From an uncultured archaeon (GTDB lineage: Archaea > Thermoproteota > Bathyarchaeia > Bathyarchaeales > Bathycorpusculaceae), in assembly GCA_963810275.1 (NCBI GenBank), contig CAWENF010000002.1, positions 96,001 through 160,000 of the forward strand: a stretch of 64,000 nucleotides of DNA, read 5' to 3'. A program made the translations under genes and the position numbers. Position 1 is the first letter of the stretch; each line of letters starts with the position of its first letter. Shown here piece by piece: positions 1 to 10,726 of this stretch. The notes under the pieces are model-generated. The model ran no database searches and had not been told where the DNA came from. It saw only the letters and a program-made list of their open reading frames with translations.

Positions 1-709
1 CGTAGATGCTTTGACAGTACTCCAATATGCTGACATCTACGTCGTCTGTGTCAACACCTACTTCAGAGAGAACTCCCCAGACATGTCCGCCATTGACAGT
101 TGCTGTAGGCAAATCAGCACCCTTAACCCTAACGCACTAGTCTGTTTTGAATCAACTCTTGCTGTCGGTACCGCTAGAAAAATGAGTTTAAAACATGGCA
201 TAAGCTTTGTAGCTGTTTGCCCCCACAGATGGTGGGAGGAAGACCAGGATAACCACGGTGTCAGACAAAAGCGGGTTTTAGGCGCCTACGATAATGAAAG
301 TTTAATCAAAGCTAAAGAGTTTTACCAAAAACTTGAAATCCCTCTGCATTTTGTTTCAACTCTGGAGGTTGCGGAAGCCAGCAAAATCGCTGAGAATGCC
401 CACCGCTACGTTGAAATCGCGTTTGTCGAGGAACTCAAACTTATCGCTAGTAAGAATGGATTAGATTTTGAAGAGTGGCGTGAAGCTATAAACACTAAGT
501 GGAATGTTAATCTGCTAGAGGCACGTGATGGCATCGGTAAAGAATGCCTGCCTAAAGACACAGCTTTCTTGGCAAGCTTGTTACCTGAATCTGGTCTGCT
601 AAAAGGCGCCATGCAGACAAACGAAGCGTACATTCAGCGTTTCTGCAAGCATAAGGTTCCCCTTGAGCAGACCCCGCTTGTTTCAGTAGTAAAGCAGTGT
701 GGACCTTAG
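1..709 (+). CDS. UDP-glucose/GDP-mannose/UDP-ManNAc dehydrogenase family protein (5'-truncated by window edge)
   Basis: Motifs ADIYVVCVNT, FESTLAVGT, AEASKIAENAHRYVEIAFVEEL and GIGKECLPKD (catalytic Cys, GGxCxPKD-like). Confidence 0.85.
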   Translation, partial: VDALTVLQYADIYVVCVNTYFRENSPDMSAIDSCCRQISTLNPNALVCFESTLAVGTARKMSLKHGISFVAVCPHRWWEEDQDNHGVRQKRVLGAYDNESLIKAKEFYQKLEIPLHFVSTLEVAEASKIAENAHRYVEIAFVEELKLIASKNGLDFEEWREAINTKWNVNLLEARDGIGKECLPKDTAFLASLLPESGLLKGAMQTNEAYIQRFCKHKVPLEQTPLVSVVKQCGP

Positions 710-722
710 GACTGGCGCTTGT

Positions 723-1955
723 ATGCAACATAAACGTGTATTGATTGTATCGATAGTAAGCTGCGTTATTCTGCTGTTAATATACCGGTTAACGCACCTC
801 TACAATCCGGTCTTATTCATCTACGCCATCGGAACCTCCCTTGTGTTGGGTTTAGTGCTCACGTTGTCAGTCAAATACAAAACAGTGCCCGTTGACTCTG
901 AATATCAGCCTAAAGTCAGCATTGTACTGGCAGTCTTCAATGAACCCTTAGATGTGCTAAAACGGGTTATTCAGTCAACCCAGAAAGCCAAGTACTACCC
1001 AGGCAAAAAAGAAATCGTGGTTGTGGACGACGGAAGTGCCAACGACTCAGTAAGGCAACTAAGCAAACTTGTTGACCCAGACGAAGTTAAAATCATATTC
1101 TTTGAGCAGAACCGAGGCAACAAATTTGCGCGTATGGAAGGCATCAGAGCCGCAACAGGAGAAATCATGGTTTTCCTAGATTCAGACACCATACTAGAGG
1201 AAGATTCACTACTAAACATTGTTGCACCGTTCAAGAACCCCAAAGTAGGGTCTGTGAGTGGACATCTAAAGGTTGAAAATTGGAGCAAAAACCTGCTTAC
1301 AAAATTCCAAGAAGTCTGGTACTTCATCGGTTTTAGAGTTTACCGAGGCGCAGAATCCGAAATCGGAATGGTATCCTGCTGCGCGGGCGCTTTTTCTGCT
1401 CACCGCCGAGCTGCAATCACTCCTGAAGTGGAGCAGGAATGGATGTATGGAAAGTTTTTAGGTTTGGAGGTAACTGCAGGCGTAGACCGCGCTATCACAA
1501 ACTTGATTATCCGAGAGGGCTACGAAGCAGTGTACCAGATGGAAGCCGTAGCGCGAACAGAGGTACCAGATACTGCCAAAAAATTCGTCAAACAACAGGT
1601 CCGCTGGACCAAAAGCTGGATACGGGAAACCCTGTATATGATGACTTTCGCATATAAACGCAAAGAAAAAAGCATCTTTTTCTATCTAAGCACTCTCACG
1701 CACTTTATAAATTACGGTTTTCTGACTTTCATGCTGTTTATTTGTCCTTTCTTCATCGAGGACGGCTGGTTAGGAACTATATTCTACATTTTCAGCCTTT
1801 CACTCTTGGGTTTACTCTACGCCCTATACGCACGTAAACACACTCATGCATGGCTTTCAAGGGTGACTTTCCAATTAATTTTTTCACTAATTAGCGTCCC
1901 CATCTTCATCTACAGCCTCTTAACTTTGAAAGACAAGAAATGGGGGACCCGCTAA
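723..1955 (+). CDS. Processive GT2 glycosyltransferase, hyaluronan synthase/NodC-like
   Basis: VVDDGS, FLDSDT, SCCAGAFSAHR, GVDRAIT and QQVRW motifs; N- and C-terminal TM helices; ATG at 723 preferred over GTG 699. Confidence 0.85.
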   Translation: MQHKRVLIVSIVSCVILLLIYRLTHLYNPVLFIYAIGTSLVLGLVLTLSVKYKTVPVDSEYQPKVSIVLAVFNEPLDVLKRVIQSTQKAKYYPGKKEIVVVDDGSANDSVRQLSKLVDPDEVKIIFFEQNRGNKFARMEGIRAATGEIMVFLDSDTILEEDSLLNIVAPFKNPKVGSVSGHLKVENWSKNLLTKFQEVWYFIGFRVYRGAESEIGMVSCCAGAFSAHRRAAITPEVEQEWMYGKFLGLEVTAGVDRAITNLIIREGYEAVYQMEAVARTEVPDTAKKFVKQQVRWTKSWIRETLYMMTFAYKRKEKSIFFYLSTLTHFINYGFLTFMLFICPFFIEDGWLGTIFYIFSLSLLGLLYALYARKHTHAWLSRVTFQLIFSLISVPIFIYSLLTLKDKKWGTR

Positions 1956-2067
1956 ACCTCATCTTTGTTTTTTCTTCGCTTATTTTTTGTCTTGTTTAAC
2001 CAAAAGCGATAAACACCACATCTCCACCAACAGTTAACTTAAAACCACCAAGCCCCGAGACAAGACT

Positions 2068-3654
2068 ATGAGCAAGACGGCAGACATGGCAAAGGTTTCT
2101 GCAAGAGGCGGCTTTCACTTACTTTGGGGTCTTGTAGTTTCTACGGCTATCTCGTCTGTTGGCACCATCATCATCGCTAATCTTTTAGGTTCAGACAACA
2201 TGGGCCTCTATGCCATCGCAGTCGCTGCCCCCAACTTGATTGCTAACTTCCGAGACTGGGGTGTTACAACCGCCATAGTCAGATACTCCGCTCAGTACAA
2301 CAGTGAAAACAACGCAGCCAAAGTGCGTAGCATCTTCATTTCTGGCTTTGCATTCGAAATTATTTTAGGTTTAGCCCTTGCCATTTTCTCAATTTCAATT
2401 TCAGGGTTCCTTGCAGATGCTTTTCAGCGTCCAGAAATCACCCCGCTAATTCAGATGACTTCTGTGTTTATTCTAATGGGCGGCTTGGTCAATACGGCGA
2501 CCGCGGCATTTACTGGCCTAGAAAAAATGCATCTCAACAGCATAATGCTGACTGTACAATCGATAGTTAAAACAAGCCTAATAATTCTGCTTGTACTATT
2601 CGGTTTTGGAACGTTGGGCGCAACTGCTGGCTTCACCGTAGCTGTCATAATTGCTGCGATAACCGGAATTTTGTTAACTTACACTATGTATTCAGCGCTA
2701 CCTAAAAGTGGCAAATCCGGCTTAGGCATATTTAAAGCAACAAAAACAATGCTAAAATATGGTTTTCCGATTTCTCTGGGTTCCATTTTAACAGGTTTTC
2801 TAACCCAATTTTACAGTTGGATTATGGCAATATTCGTCACTGACAACAGCGCTATAGGCAACTACTCTGTCGCCACAAACTTTGTAGTGCTAATCACTTT
2901 TTTTGCAGCGCCTGTAACAACTATGTTGCTGCCGGCCTTCTCAAAATTGGACTACCGTAAAGAGGGCTCAGCACTTCAAAATATTTTCCAGTACTCCGTC
3001 AAATACGCTGCGCTAATAGTTCTACCAATTACGACTATGGTTATGTCGTTGGCTCAACCAGCTATCAACATCCTTTTCCAAGACAAATATCCGCTTGCAT
3101 CCCTATACTTGGCATTGCTAGCGCTGATTTACTTCTATTCTGCGTTTGGTAACCTTAGCATCACTAACCTGATCAATAGCCAAGGCGACACAAAATACAA
3201 CTTATACCTCGCTGCGCTAACAGTGGCAGTCGGTTTCCCACTAAGCTGGATACTGGTTTCTCAATTTGGAATCATAGGTTTAATCGCAACCAGCACAGTT
3301 GTTAGTATACCCTCCCTAATTTGGAGCATCCGCTTCATCAAACAACGCTACGGCATCTCAATTGATTGGGTTTCCTCTACGAAAATCCTTTTCTCTGCAA
3401 TCTTAACTGGCATCGTAACCTACTTTTTTGTGTCTTGGCTGCCATTTAACAGTATAATTCAGTTGATTTTGGGAGCAGTCGAATTCATCGCCATTTTTCT
3501 TGTGCTGCTTGGGTTAAGCCGCACTTTGAGTCAAAATGATTTACGAAATATTCGCCAAATGGCTAGTGGGTTAGGACCACTAAAGAAAATAATCAATTTA
3601 TTCTTAGCTTTACTTGAAAAGTTAACTCCTAAGCCTAAACAACCCCAGAAATAA
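2068..3654 (+). CDS. Oligosaccharide/polysaccharide flippase (Wzx/MOP family)
   Basis: 528 aa polytopic membrane protein, LGSDNMGLY and IGNYSVA repeats, context in a sugar biosynthesis cluster. Confidence 0.85.
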   Translation: MSKTADMAKVSARGGFHLLWGLVVSTAISSVGTIIIANLLGSDNMGLYAIAVAAPNLIANFRDWGVTTAIVRYSAQYNSENNAAKVRSIFISGFAFEIILGLALAIFSISISGFLADAFQRPEITPLIQMTSVFILMGGLVNTATAAFTGLEKMHLNSIMLTVQSIVKTSLIILLVLFGFGTLGATAGFTVAVIIAAITGILLTYTMYSALPKSGKSGLGIFKATKTMLKYGFPISLGSILTGFLTQFYSWIMAIFVTDNSAIGNYSVATNFVVLITFFAAPVTTMLLPAFSKLDYRKEGSALQNIFQYSVKYAALIVLPITTMVMSLAQPAINILFQDKYPLASLYLALLALIYFYSAFGNLSITNLINSQGDTKYNLYLAALTVAVGFPLSWILVSQFGIIGLIATSTVVSIPSLIWSIRFIKQRYGISIDWVSSTKILFSAILTGIVTYFFVSWLPFNSIIQLILGAVEFIAIFLVLLGLSRTLSQNDLRNIRQMASGLGPLKKIINLFLALLEKLTPKPKQPQK

Positions 3655-4046
3655 CAAACCTCTAACTGACGGTATTTTACTGGGTGCTAAGACAACGTTT
3701 CCTTTTTTCCTCGGCTAATTTGGGGAATTTACCACAACAATTTCCGCCTTTATGCTTACAGGTATAGCCTTCACTTGAGTAAAAAAGGAATGAGTAAGTA
3801 AATTCGCATTTTTATTGATGGGCACTATGTTATTAAAAAATAGGATCTTCACTACTTGACACTTCATTTTATGAATGACAATAGTTGATTATAAAATTTG
3901 ATCCAACGAACTTCTAACAGTTACATATGATTGGCTAAAAAACAGTTGGTTGGTGTAAATTTAATACAAACAGCAGTTGTCTTAGTGTAGCACATTCTTG
4001 CATAAATCATAATACCCCCTTTAGCAAAAGAGTACAGTGGATAATT

Positions 4047-5105
4047 ATGAAAGCGCTTGTTCTCAGCGGCGGTAAAGGAACCAGACTTAGACCATTAACG
4101 TTCACTTGTGCAAAACAGCTTATTCCAGTAGCGAACAAACCCATATTGGGCTACGTTTTAGACCAAGTTGCAGCAACCCCAATCAAAAAAACAGGCATAA
4201 TAACAGCCCACGAGACAGGTCAGTTCGTGCAGGACTACGTCAAAGACGGTTCTGCATGGAAGCTTAATGTCTGCTACATCCCGCAGGAACCTTTAGGTTT
4301 GGCACATGCTGTTAAGACCGCTAAAAAGTTTCTGGGACAAGATTCATTTGTTATGTGTCTAGGCGACAATGTTACCGGTCAAGGCTTGGGTGCTTTTGTT
4401 ACGAAATTCAAAAAAGAAAAATTAGATGCACTAATCATCCTAAAAGAGGTAGATAACCCCTCGGCGTTTGGTATCGCACAGTTGGATACGGAGGGCAATA
4501 TCGTGCGTTTGGTGGAGAAGCCTAAAACGTCCATTGGCAACCTCGCTATAATAGGCACCTACTTATTTTCCAACAAAATCCACAGCGCAATAGAAAGAAT
4601 TAAGCCTTCTTGGCGTGGCGAGCTTGAAATCACCGACGCCATCCAGGAAATGATCAATATGGGCTACAAAGTTAAAGCTGAAATTCTCAATTCCTGGTGG
4701 CTGGACACAGGCAAAAAAGATGACATCCTCTCCGCCAACGCCCGCATCCTTGATGAGTACATACGGCGAGACGTGCAGGGCACATTAACCGACAGCACGG
4801 TTGAAGGTCGCGTTTGCGTAGAGTCTAACACTAAAATAATAAACAGTACCATTCGGGGACCCTGCGTCATTGGCAAGAATGTAGTTATCGATAACTCGTT
4901 TATTGGACCTTATACCAGTATTGGGGACGGTACGAAAATCTATAACTCTAACCTCCAATATTGCGTCGTGCAAGACAACGTCTCAATAAAAGATGTCGAG
5001 CGTCTTGAAGACAGCTTAATCGGCAAAAATGCCAAAGTCACCCGCAGCCTCCGAAACCATGCATTAAAGCTACATGTTGGTGACTACTCGGAACTGGAAG
5101 TATAG
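4047..5105 (+). CDS. rmlA: Glucose-1-phosphate thymidylyltransferase (long form)
   Basis: LSGGKGTRLRPLT, KQLIPVANKP, RGELEITDA, WLDTG; C-terminal left-handed beta-helix. Confidence 0.95.
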   Translation: MKALVLSGGKGTRLRPLTFTCAKQLIPVANKPILGYVLDQVAATPIKKTGIITAHETGQFVQDYVKDGSAWKLNVCYIPQEPLGLAHAVKTAKKFLGQDSFVMCLGDNVTGQGLGAFVTKFKKEKLDALIILKEVDNPSAFGIAQLDTEGNIVRLVEKPKTSIGNLAIIGTYLFSNKIHSAIERIKPSWRGELEITDAIQEMINMGYKVKAEILNSWWLDTGKKDDILSANARILDEYIRRDVQGTLTDSTVEGRVCVESNTKIINSTIRGPCVIGKNVVIDNSFIGPYTSIGDGTKIYNSNLQYCVVQDNVSIKDVERLEDSLIGKNAKVTRSLRNHALKLHVGDYSELEV

Positions 5106-5159
5106 CACCCTATATCACCCTTAAATTTTAGGAATATTATAAATAATTTAAAAGAACAC

Positions 5160-5687
5160 TTGAAGATGGCGGCAATGACAGTTATGTTGGATGGCATCCG
5201 AGTTAAACCGATACGGCTTTTTCCAGACGAACGAGGGCACTTCTGCGAACTAATGCGAAGCGACTGGAACGACCTTTTTGGCAGCGACAAAATAAACCAA
5301 ATAAACCATTCGTTTACTTATCCCAACATAATTCGGGCTTGGCACCGTCACCTTCGCGGGCAAGTTGACTATTTCTTGGTTCTTAGAGGCGCAGCTAAAA
5401 TCTGCGCGTTTGATGACCAAACCGCTGAGTTAACCGAAGTCGTCTCAAGCGACTCAGATTTGCAGGTGGTTCGGATGCCAGGTCAGTACTGGCATGGATT
5501 CAAAGCAGTCGGCAACGAACCTACATTGCTTGTTTACTTCACCACCAACCTCTATAACCCCGCTGACCCCGACGAGGAACGCAGATCATGGAATGACCCA
5601 ACACTCATTCCCAAAACAATAAACGGCAAAACAGTGGATCCCCGTGTTGGTAAAAGCTGGGACTGGAACTATCTCCCGCATAAATGA
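5160..5687 (+). CDS. rmlC: dTDP-4-dehydrorhamnose 3,5-epimerase
   Basis: DERGHFCE, IRAWHRH and WHGF cupin motifs; rml operon. Confidence 0.9.
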   Translation: MKMAAMTVMLDGIRVKPIRLFPDERGHFCELMRSDWNDLFGSDKINQINHSFTYPNIIRAWHRHLRGQVDYFLVLRGAAKICAFDDQTAELTEVVSSDSDLQVVRMPGQYWHGFKAVGNEPTLLVYFTTNLYNPADPDEERRSWNDPTLIPKTINGKTVDPRVGKSWDWNYLPHK

Positions 5688-5697
5688 GTGATATATC

Positions 5698-6705
5698 ATG
5701 AAAGTGTTAGTTACTGGCGGCTTAGGATTTATAGGAAGCAACTTCTGCCGGCATATGCTTGCAGATTACCCCGACTATGAGTTAATTAACGTTGACAAGG
5801 TAGGCATAGGCGCTAATCCTGCTAACCTCCACGACGTAGAAAACAACAGGCGTTACACTTTCATTAAAGGTGACATCTGTAATCCCCAGCTAATGAACCG
5901 CTTAATACATCAAGTTGATGCCGTAGTTAACATCGCCGCAGAAACCCATGTGGACAGAAGCATCTCTGACCCAAATATGTTCCTTCAAAACAATACTTTA
6001 GGTACGTTTACGATTCTGGAGGCTATACGCCGCCACAACCACAAATGCCGCCTCCTCCAAGTTTCCACCGACGAAGTTTATGGTGAAGCCATAGAGGGGT
6101 CCTTCACCGAGTCCACATCGCCTAAACCCTCCAACCCCTACTCAGCGTCAAAAGCAGCAGCCGACATGTTCGTGCTCTCCTACTACAAAACGTTTGGATT
6201 AAACGTTTCAATTACACGTTGCACCAACAACTTTGGGCCATACCAGATGCCCGAGAAACTCATCCCAAAAACCGTTATCCGTGCGTTACGCGATTTACCT
6301 ATACCAATCTACGGGAAAGGTGCAAACATCCGCGACTGGATATACGTAGACGACCACTGCAGAGCCGTGAGCGTCGTACTTGAAAAGGGAAAACCAGGCG
6401 AAATCTATAATGTGTCAGCGGGAAACGAGAAAACTAATATTGAAATCGCCCACAAAATCATCGCCAAGCTAAACAAACCTGAAAACTTAATCACGTTTGT
6501 CGAGGACCGCCCCGGGCATGATGAACGCTACAGCTTGGATTCCTCTAAACTCCAAGCGGAACTTGGCTGGAGACCTAAAGCAATCTTCGAAGAGGCCCTA
6601 TCCTCTACGATTGAGTGGTATTTGGGTAACGAGCACTGGTGGACTCCGTTTGCCACTGAAGTTATTTTGCATCCTACTCCTTGGAAGCTTGGTGGTTTTC
6701 GTTGA
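5698..6705 (+). CDS. rmlB: dTDP-glucose 4,6-dehydratase
   Basis: TGGLGFIGSN, AAETHVDRSI, STDEVYG, YSASK, DRPGHDERY. Confidence 0.95.
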   Translation: MKVLVTGGLGFIGSNFCRHMLADYPDYELINVDKVGIGANPANLHDVENNRRYTFIKGDICNPQLMNRLIHQVDAVVNIAAETHVDRSISDPNMFLQNNTLGTFTILEAIRRHNHKCRLLQVSTDEVYGEAIEGSFTESTSPKPSNPYSASKAAADMFVLSYYKTFGLNVSITRCTNNFGPYQMPEKLIPKTVIRALRDLPIPIYGKGANIRDWIYVDDHCRAVSVVLEKGKPGEIYNVSAGNEKTNIEIAHKIIAKLNKPENLITFVEDRPGHDERYSLDSSKLQAELGWRPKAIFEEALSSTIEWYLGNEHWWTPFATEVILHPTPWKLGGFR

Positions 6706-7592
6706 AGCTTCTTATCACAGGAGCCAGCGGACTTTACGGTTCGAAGCTGGCTCAACTTGCGTTGTGCCGAGGCATAGAAGTTTACTCTTCTGACATCAAA
6801 AACACTATGGTTTACGGCAGCTATGTGCACATGGACATCACAAAAAGAGATGAGGTTGAGGAAGTTTTCAAATCCGTCAAACCAGACGCTGTGGTGCACG
6901 CTGCTACTTTGACAGATGTAGATAAATGTGAGCTGGATAAGGCTCTAGCTTGGAAAGTCAATGTTGATGGCGCCAAAAACATCGCCGATACCTGCCAGGA
7001 AAAGGAGGCTTTTCTGTTCTATGTCTCTAGTGACTATGTTTTCAGCGGCGAGAAAGGTTGTTACCACGAGTACGACGCACGCGACCCTGTAAACTACTAC
7101 GGCTTAACTAAGATGGAGGCTGAGGACATTGTCAAGTGTCTACCCGAATACTTTATTGCCCGCCCCAGCGTGATTTACGGCGCCACACCGGCAGCTGGAA
7201 AAGTAAACTTTGCCCTCTGGCTCATTGAGACGTTAAGCAAGGGTGAGAAAGTCAAAATTGTTGAGGACCAGTGGAACACACCAACATTGAACACTAACTT
7301 GGCGGAGATGACCCTTGAGGCGCTTGAACGCCGCTTAACTGGCATATACCACCTCTGTGGCGCCACAAGAGTTAGCAGATTAGAGTTTGCCAGCAAAATC
7401 GCTGATGTATTTTGCTTGGACAAGGAGTTAATTGAACCTGTGAAGTCGGAGAATTTTACTCTACCAGCAAGGCGCCCCACTGACTCGTCCCTTGACACGT
7501 CCTATGCCCAGCGTGATCTCAAATCCAAGCCTTTGCCTTTGGGTGCAGCTTTGGCCCAGCTTAAAGTGGAGTTAACTCAAAAACCCACTTGA
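6702..7592 (+). CDS. rmlD: dTDP-4-dehydrorhamnose reductase
   Basis: ITGASGLYG, SSDYVFSG, YYGLTK, ARRP; TTG start overlapping the rmlB stop. Confidence 0.92.
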   Translation: MKLLITGASGLYGSKLAQLALCRGIEVYSSDIKNTMVYGSYVHMDITKRDEVEEVFKSVKPDAVVHAATLTDVDKCELDKALAWKVNVDGAKNIADTCQEKEAFLFYVSSDYVFSGEKGCYHEYDARDPVNYYGLTKMEAEDIVKCLPEYFIARPSVIYGATPAAGKVNFALWLIETLSKGEKVKIVEDQWNTPTLNTNLAEMTLEALERRLTGIYHLCGATRVSRLEFASKIADVFCLDKELIEPVKSENFTLPARRPTDSSLDTSYAQRDLKSKPLPLGAALAQLKVELTQKPT

Positions 7593-7645
7593 GCGAGCAC
7601 AAGTGTTATGTAACTCAATAGTGAAATTGTGCATTGACCTGAGCC

Positions 7646-8008
7646 ATGATAAAACAAACTGGCATCAAGCAGATTGCCCAACAACGAATAGCTATTCTCT
7701 TTGAACAAGCCCATTTGGTGGCGCGTTCTAGCCCAAAGTTGGCGGCTGTATATGTAGAGTCCGCTAGGCGTATTGCTATGGCAGCGAGGATACGTTTTCC
7801 GCTTGAGTTTAGGCGACAAACCTGCCGGGAATGCAACGCGTTTTTTGTCCATGGCATAAACTGCCGTGTTAGGGTAAAACAGAAAAGAGAGCCCCACGTG
7901 GTAGTAACATGTTTAAACTGCGGAAACCAAACCCGTTATATGTTAAAGAAAAAGGTGCAAAAGTCAGTTGAGTATCAAGATTACAACAAGGATGAAGCGT
8001 CACGTTAG
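7646..8008 (+). CDS. rnp4: Ribonuclease P protein component 4 (Rpp21)
   Basis: IAQQRIAILF, CREC...CLNCG zinc ribbon. Confidence 0.92.
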   Translation: MIKQTGIKQIAQQRIAILFEQAHLVARSSPKLAAVYVESARRIAMAARIRFPLEFRRQTCRECNAFFVHGINCRVRVKQKREPHVVVTCLNCGNQTRYMLKKKVQKSVEYQDYNKDEASR

Positions 8009-8291
8009 GCACGTCCTGAAAGATGAGAATCCCACGATTTGGGTGGGTAAGGACGGCTTATCTGAGCAGTCTGTAGCAGAAATTGAAAAGCAACTTCAGA
8101 AAAACAAGATGGTGAAGGTCCGGATCTTGCCAGCGGCGCTTCGGGAGTTAACCACTGCCGAGGAAATCGCCAAGAAAGCAGCGACAGCCACGGAGTCTGC
8201 GCTTGTTGAAGTCCGCGGTCACGTATTCATACTGTTTAGGAGACGCCGTACACCCGAGCTGGATCAGCAGCCTGAGCGATCTAAACCTTAA
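7968..8291 (+). CDS. yhbY: YhbY/CRM-domain RNA-binding protein
   Basis: PTIWVGKDGL, MVKVRIL, VRGHVFILFR; adjacent to rpp21 as in other archaea. Confidence 0.9.
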   Translation: MSIKITTRMKRHVRHVLKDENPTIWVGKDGLSEQSVAEIEKQLQKNKMVKVRILPAALRELTTAEEIAKKAATATESALVEVRGHVFILFRRRRTPELDQQPERSKP

Positions 8292-8488
8292 TTTCTTTTT
8301 TGCGAGTTTTTCGAAATCTAATTGTGGCAGCTCCTTTAACCGCTACCATGATTTAAATTCGCAGCAGAACACAATAGTGGCCACTTAGCCGCCTTAATAA
8401 CCGTTCACCTTCGTGATTAACTATTGATTGAAAAATAGTAAACCTTAAACGGACAGCATAACCACAATAGAATAGAAGGTATCCTAAA

Positions 8489-9097
8489 ATGCAGTTAGTG
8501 GGAGTGCTTTTACTCATAATTAGTGTCAGCTTAGTTGCGGCGCCCGTTGGCGCTGTTGTCTATACTTATCGAGATGACCTAACAGGATTAGTTGTTCCAC
8601 CCGAAATCCAAAATGCCATGAGCGGCGACGCCAGCTTTATCCTAAACGACGACGTGCTAGGCATTGACGGGTACGGCGACGGCAACGACCCTAATACGGT
8701 CCTAAACAACTTTGTCACCCCTACGTTGGTAGATGCACAAATCGATCAGTCTCAAAACACATTCACTTTGCGAATTAACGTGACAAATCCGCTAAACTAT
8801 GATTTAACGCTAAACAAAATGAGCACTGATGTACAAAGCATCGAGGGCCAAACCTTAGCGACAGTTAACATAGGTCAGTCTGTCATCATGCCTGCCGGGC
8901 AAAGTAGCATAATCAAAGTGGATGGCATATGGACAGAGGAAGGTGACGCCTTTATCACAAATCATTGGTATGATGCCTTGAAAGACATTGCGCTAGCCAA
9001 CATTGTGGTGGACGTGAATGGTGTACAGGTTGAACGTTCGACTCCTTTGACGGTGTCTTTGCCAATTACACTTTCTGGCGTGCTTGTGGGGCAGTAG
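8489..9097 (+). CDS. Membrane-anchored hypothetical protein, LEA_2/WHy-like beta-sandwich
   Basis: N-terminal hydrophobic helix; INVTNPLNYDL motif (NPxxxxL). Confidence 0.55.
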   Translation: MQLVGVLLLIISVSLVAAPVGAVVYTYRDDLTGLVVPPEIQNAMSGDASFILNDDVLGIDGYGDGNDPNTVLNNFVTPTLVDAQIDQSQNTFTLRINVTNPLNYDLTLNKMSTDVQSIEGQTLATVNIGQSVIMPAGQSSIIKVDGIWTEEGDAFITNHWYDALKDIALANIVVDVNGVQVERSTPLTVSLPITLSGVLVGQ

Positions 9098-9099
9098 AA

Positions 9100-9720
9100 T
9101 TGTCAAGACCGATCGACTACCTTGCATTAGTCGCAGGAATTCTAAGCCTCATCTTGATTGCGGTTTCATGGTTTGTTCCCTGGTGGCAATTCATCGTTGG
9201 CAACCCAGCCATTGCCACAGTTAATTTTTCTCCGGTAAACTTCAACTTCGCACTCTTCAACACCATGCTAACCGTCCCCATCATCTGGGCACTAAACATA
9301 GCCGCTCTGCTGACCCTACTTGCTGGCGGCATAGCCATGCTCCTATACTCTATTATGCCCACAAAAAGTTACGCAGAAAAGATACTGGGATTCGGCTACA
9401 AAAAACCCTTCTATGCCCTGATGCTATTCCTAATCGAGCTGGGCATACTTTACACATCCGCCACCGTCTTAACCGGTCTCAGCTTCCCCTTGATGGGTGC
9501 CAGCGTCCTTTCGTTGCCATCTTCAATTGCCCCAGGCGGTATAAGCGTCAGCGTCGCGGTGTCAGCTGGGTTTGGCTGGACTTTTTACTTAGCAATTACT
9601 GTTGTGGTTCTTTGCATTGGGACACGGATTTTTCACGGAAAAGTCGTGAAAGCTAGCGCCGGTGCGCCTGTTCCTCAGTCGGTTCAGAATCCTACGCCTC
9701 CCCCTCCCTCAGCAGTCTAA
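9100..9720 (+). CDS. Hypothetical integral membrane protein
   Basis: About four TM helices, PWW motif, Pro-rich tail; starts 2 nt after the upstream stop. Confidence 0.6.
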   Translation: MSRPIDYLALVAGILSLILIAVSWFVPWWQFIVGNPAIATVNFSPVNFNFALFNTMLTVPIIWALNIAALLTLLAGGIAMLLYSIMPTKSYAEKILGFGYKKPFYALMLFLIELGILYTSATVLTGLSFPLMGASVLSLPSSIAPGGISVSVAVSAGFGWTFYLAITVVVLCIGTRIFHGKVVKASAGAPVPQSVQNPTPPPPSAV

Positions 9721-9827
9721 CTCATCCTCTTTTTGACTCAGATCTTCTTTTTATTTTGGATATGTAACATTGTTTCGTTGCTATTAATATGCAAACACAG
9801 GTGTAACATAGAAGCAGGTGAAAACCT

Positions 9828-10457
9828 ATGTCCTCAACTACAGCAACCAAACTCCAACATGAACTCAGCAGCCTACTTGGCTTATCCATAATCAACATGA
9901 TGTGCTGTGCCTTCGGGTTTGCGTTTGGCGCCCTTTTCTTGACGCCTACGCTGCTTCAAGTGGCACAGACCCAAACCGTATCGCTGGACCAGCTTGGCCT
10001 AGCGATCCTTGGCGCCGCAGCGTTTGCCATAGCTTTCAGGTGGCTGATTTCTACTTCAAAAATAATCGAAGCAACCACCAAACTAAACAAAACATACGCC
10101 AAACACAAAGAAAAACAAACCCTAACCGACGAGGCAATAACCAGCTTAATCGTTGACATGACAGCCACCTACAGAGAAAACAAACCAACGCTCAAACTCA
10201 TGGCATTCATCAGCAAAATCGCCTGCGCCGCCTTCACCCTAATGGCAACCGCACAACTCATCTCGCTGGCGTTTAGTGGCGCCGTTGGAATACAACTTTG
10301 GCTGACGCTCCTAAGCGCCACCGTCTGTTACGGAGTCGCCGCAGCTAGCTACATCATCCCACATTTTTTTGGCAAATATAGCGAAGTATGGAAGCAACGT
10401 CTAAGCCGAACCGAACAGGCAGAAACCCAACTCCAACAGCTACTGGGGAAAGCATAG
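9828..10457 (+). CDS. Hypothetical membrane protein
   Basis: Four hydrophobic segments; SD-like GCAGGTGA upstream. Confidence 0.6.
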   Translation: MSSTTATKLQHELSSLLGLSIINMMCCAFGFAFGALFLTPTLLQVAQTQTVSLDQLGLAILGAAAFAIAFRWLISTSKIIEATTKLNKTYAKHKEKQTLTDEAITSLIVDMTATYRENKPTLKLMAFISKIACAAFTLMATAQLISLAFSGAVGIQLWLTLLSATVCYGVAAASYIIPHFFGKYSEVWKQRLSRTEQAETQLQQLLGKA

Positions 10458-10726
10458 TGAAGCGGACTCATTACGAGATTTTCTGGGAAATTCTCACCTA
10501 CTGCCGTACTCCCCACAGCTTCACCAGCATCATTAACCGCTGCAACCTCAATAGCAAAATCGGGCAAACGCATCTTGATTTCCTAAAGCAGCGACACTTC
10601 CTTGAAGAAGTAAAAGATAGTGGATTGACCCTGCTTAAGTCCACCGAACAGGCTAAAGAGTACATCACGTTGTTTAACAAGACATATCAGCATCTGTTTG
10701 ACGATACACCCGAGTTTAGGCTATAA
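10457..10726 (+). CDS. Small winged-helix transcriptional regulator
   Basis: KRTHYEIFWEIL...IINRCNLN...HLDFL...KSTEQAKEY pattern of archaeal wHTH; GTG overlapping the upstream TAG. Confidence 0.75.
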   Translation: MKRTHYEIFWEILTYCRTPHSFTSIINRCNLNSKIGQTHLDFLKQRHFLEEVKDSGLTLLKSTEQAKEYITLFNKTYQHLFDDTPEFRL

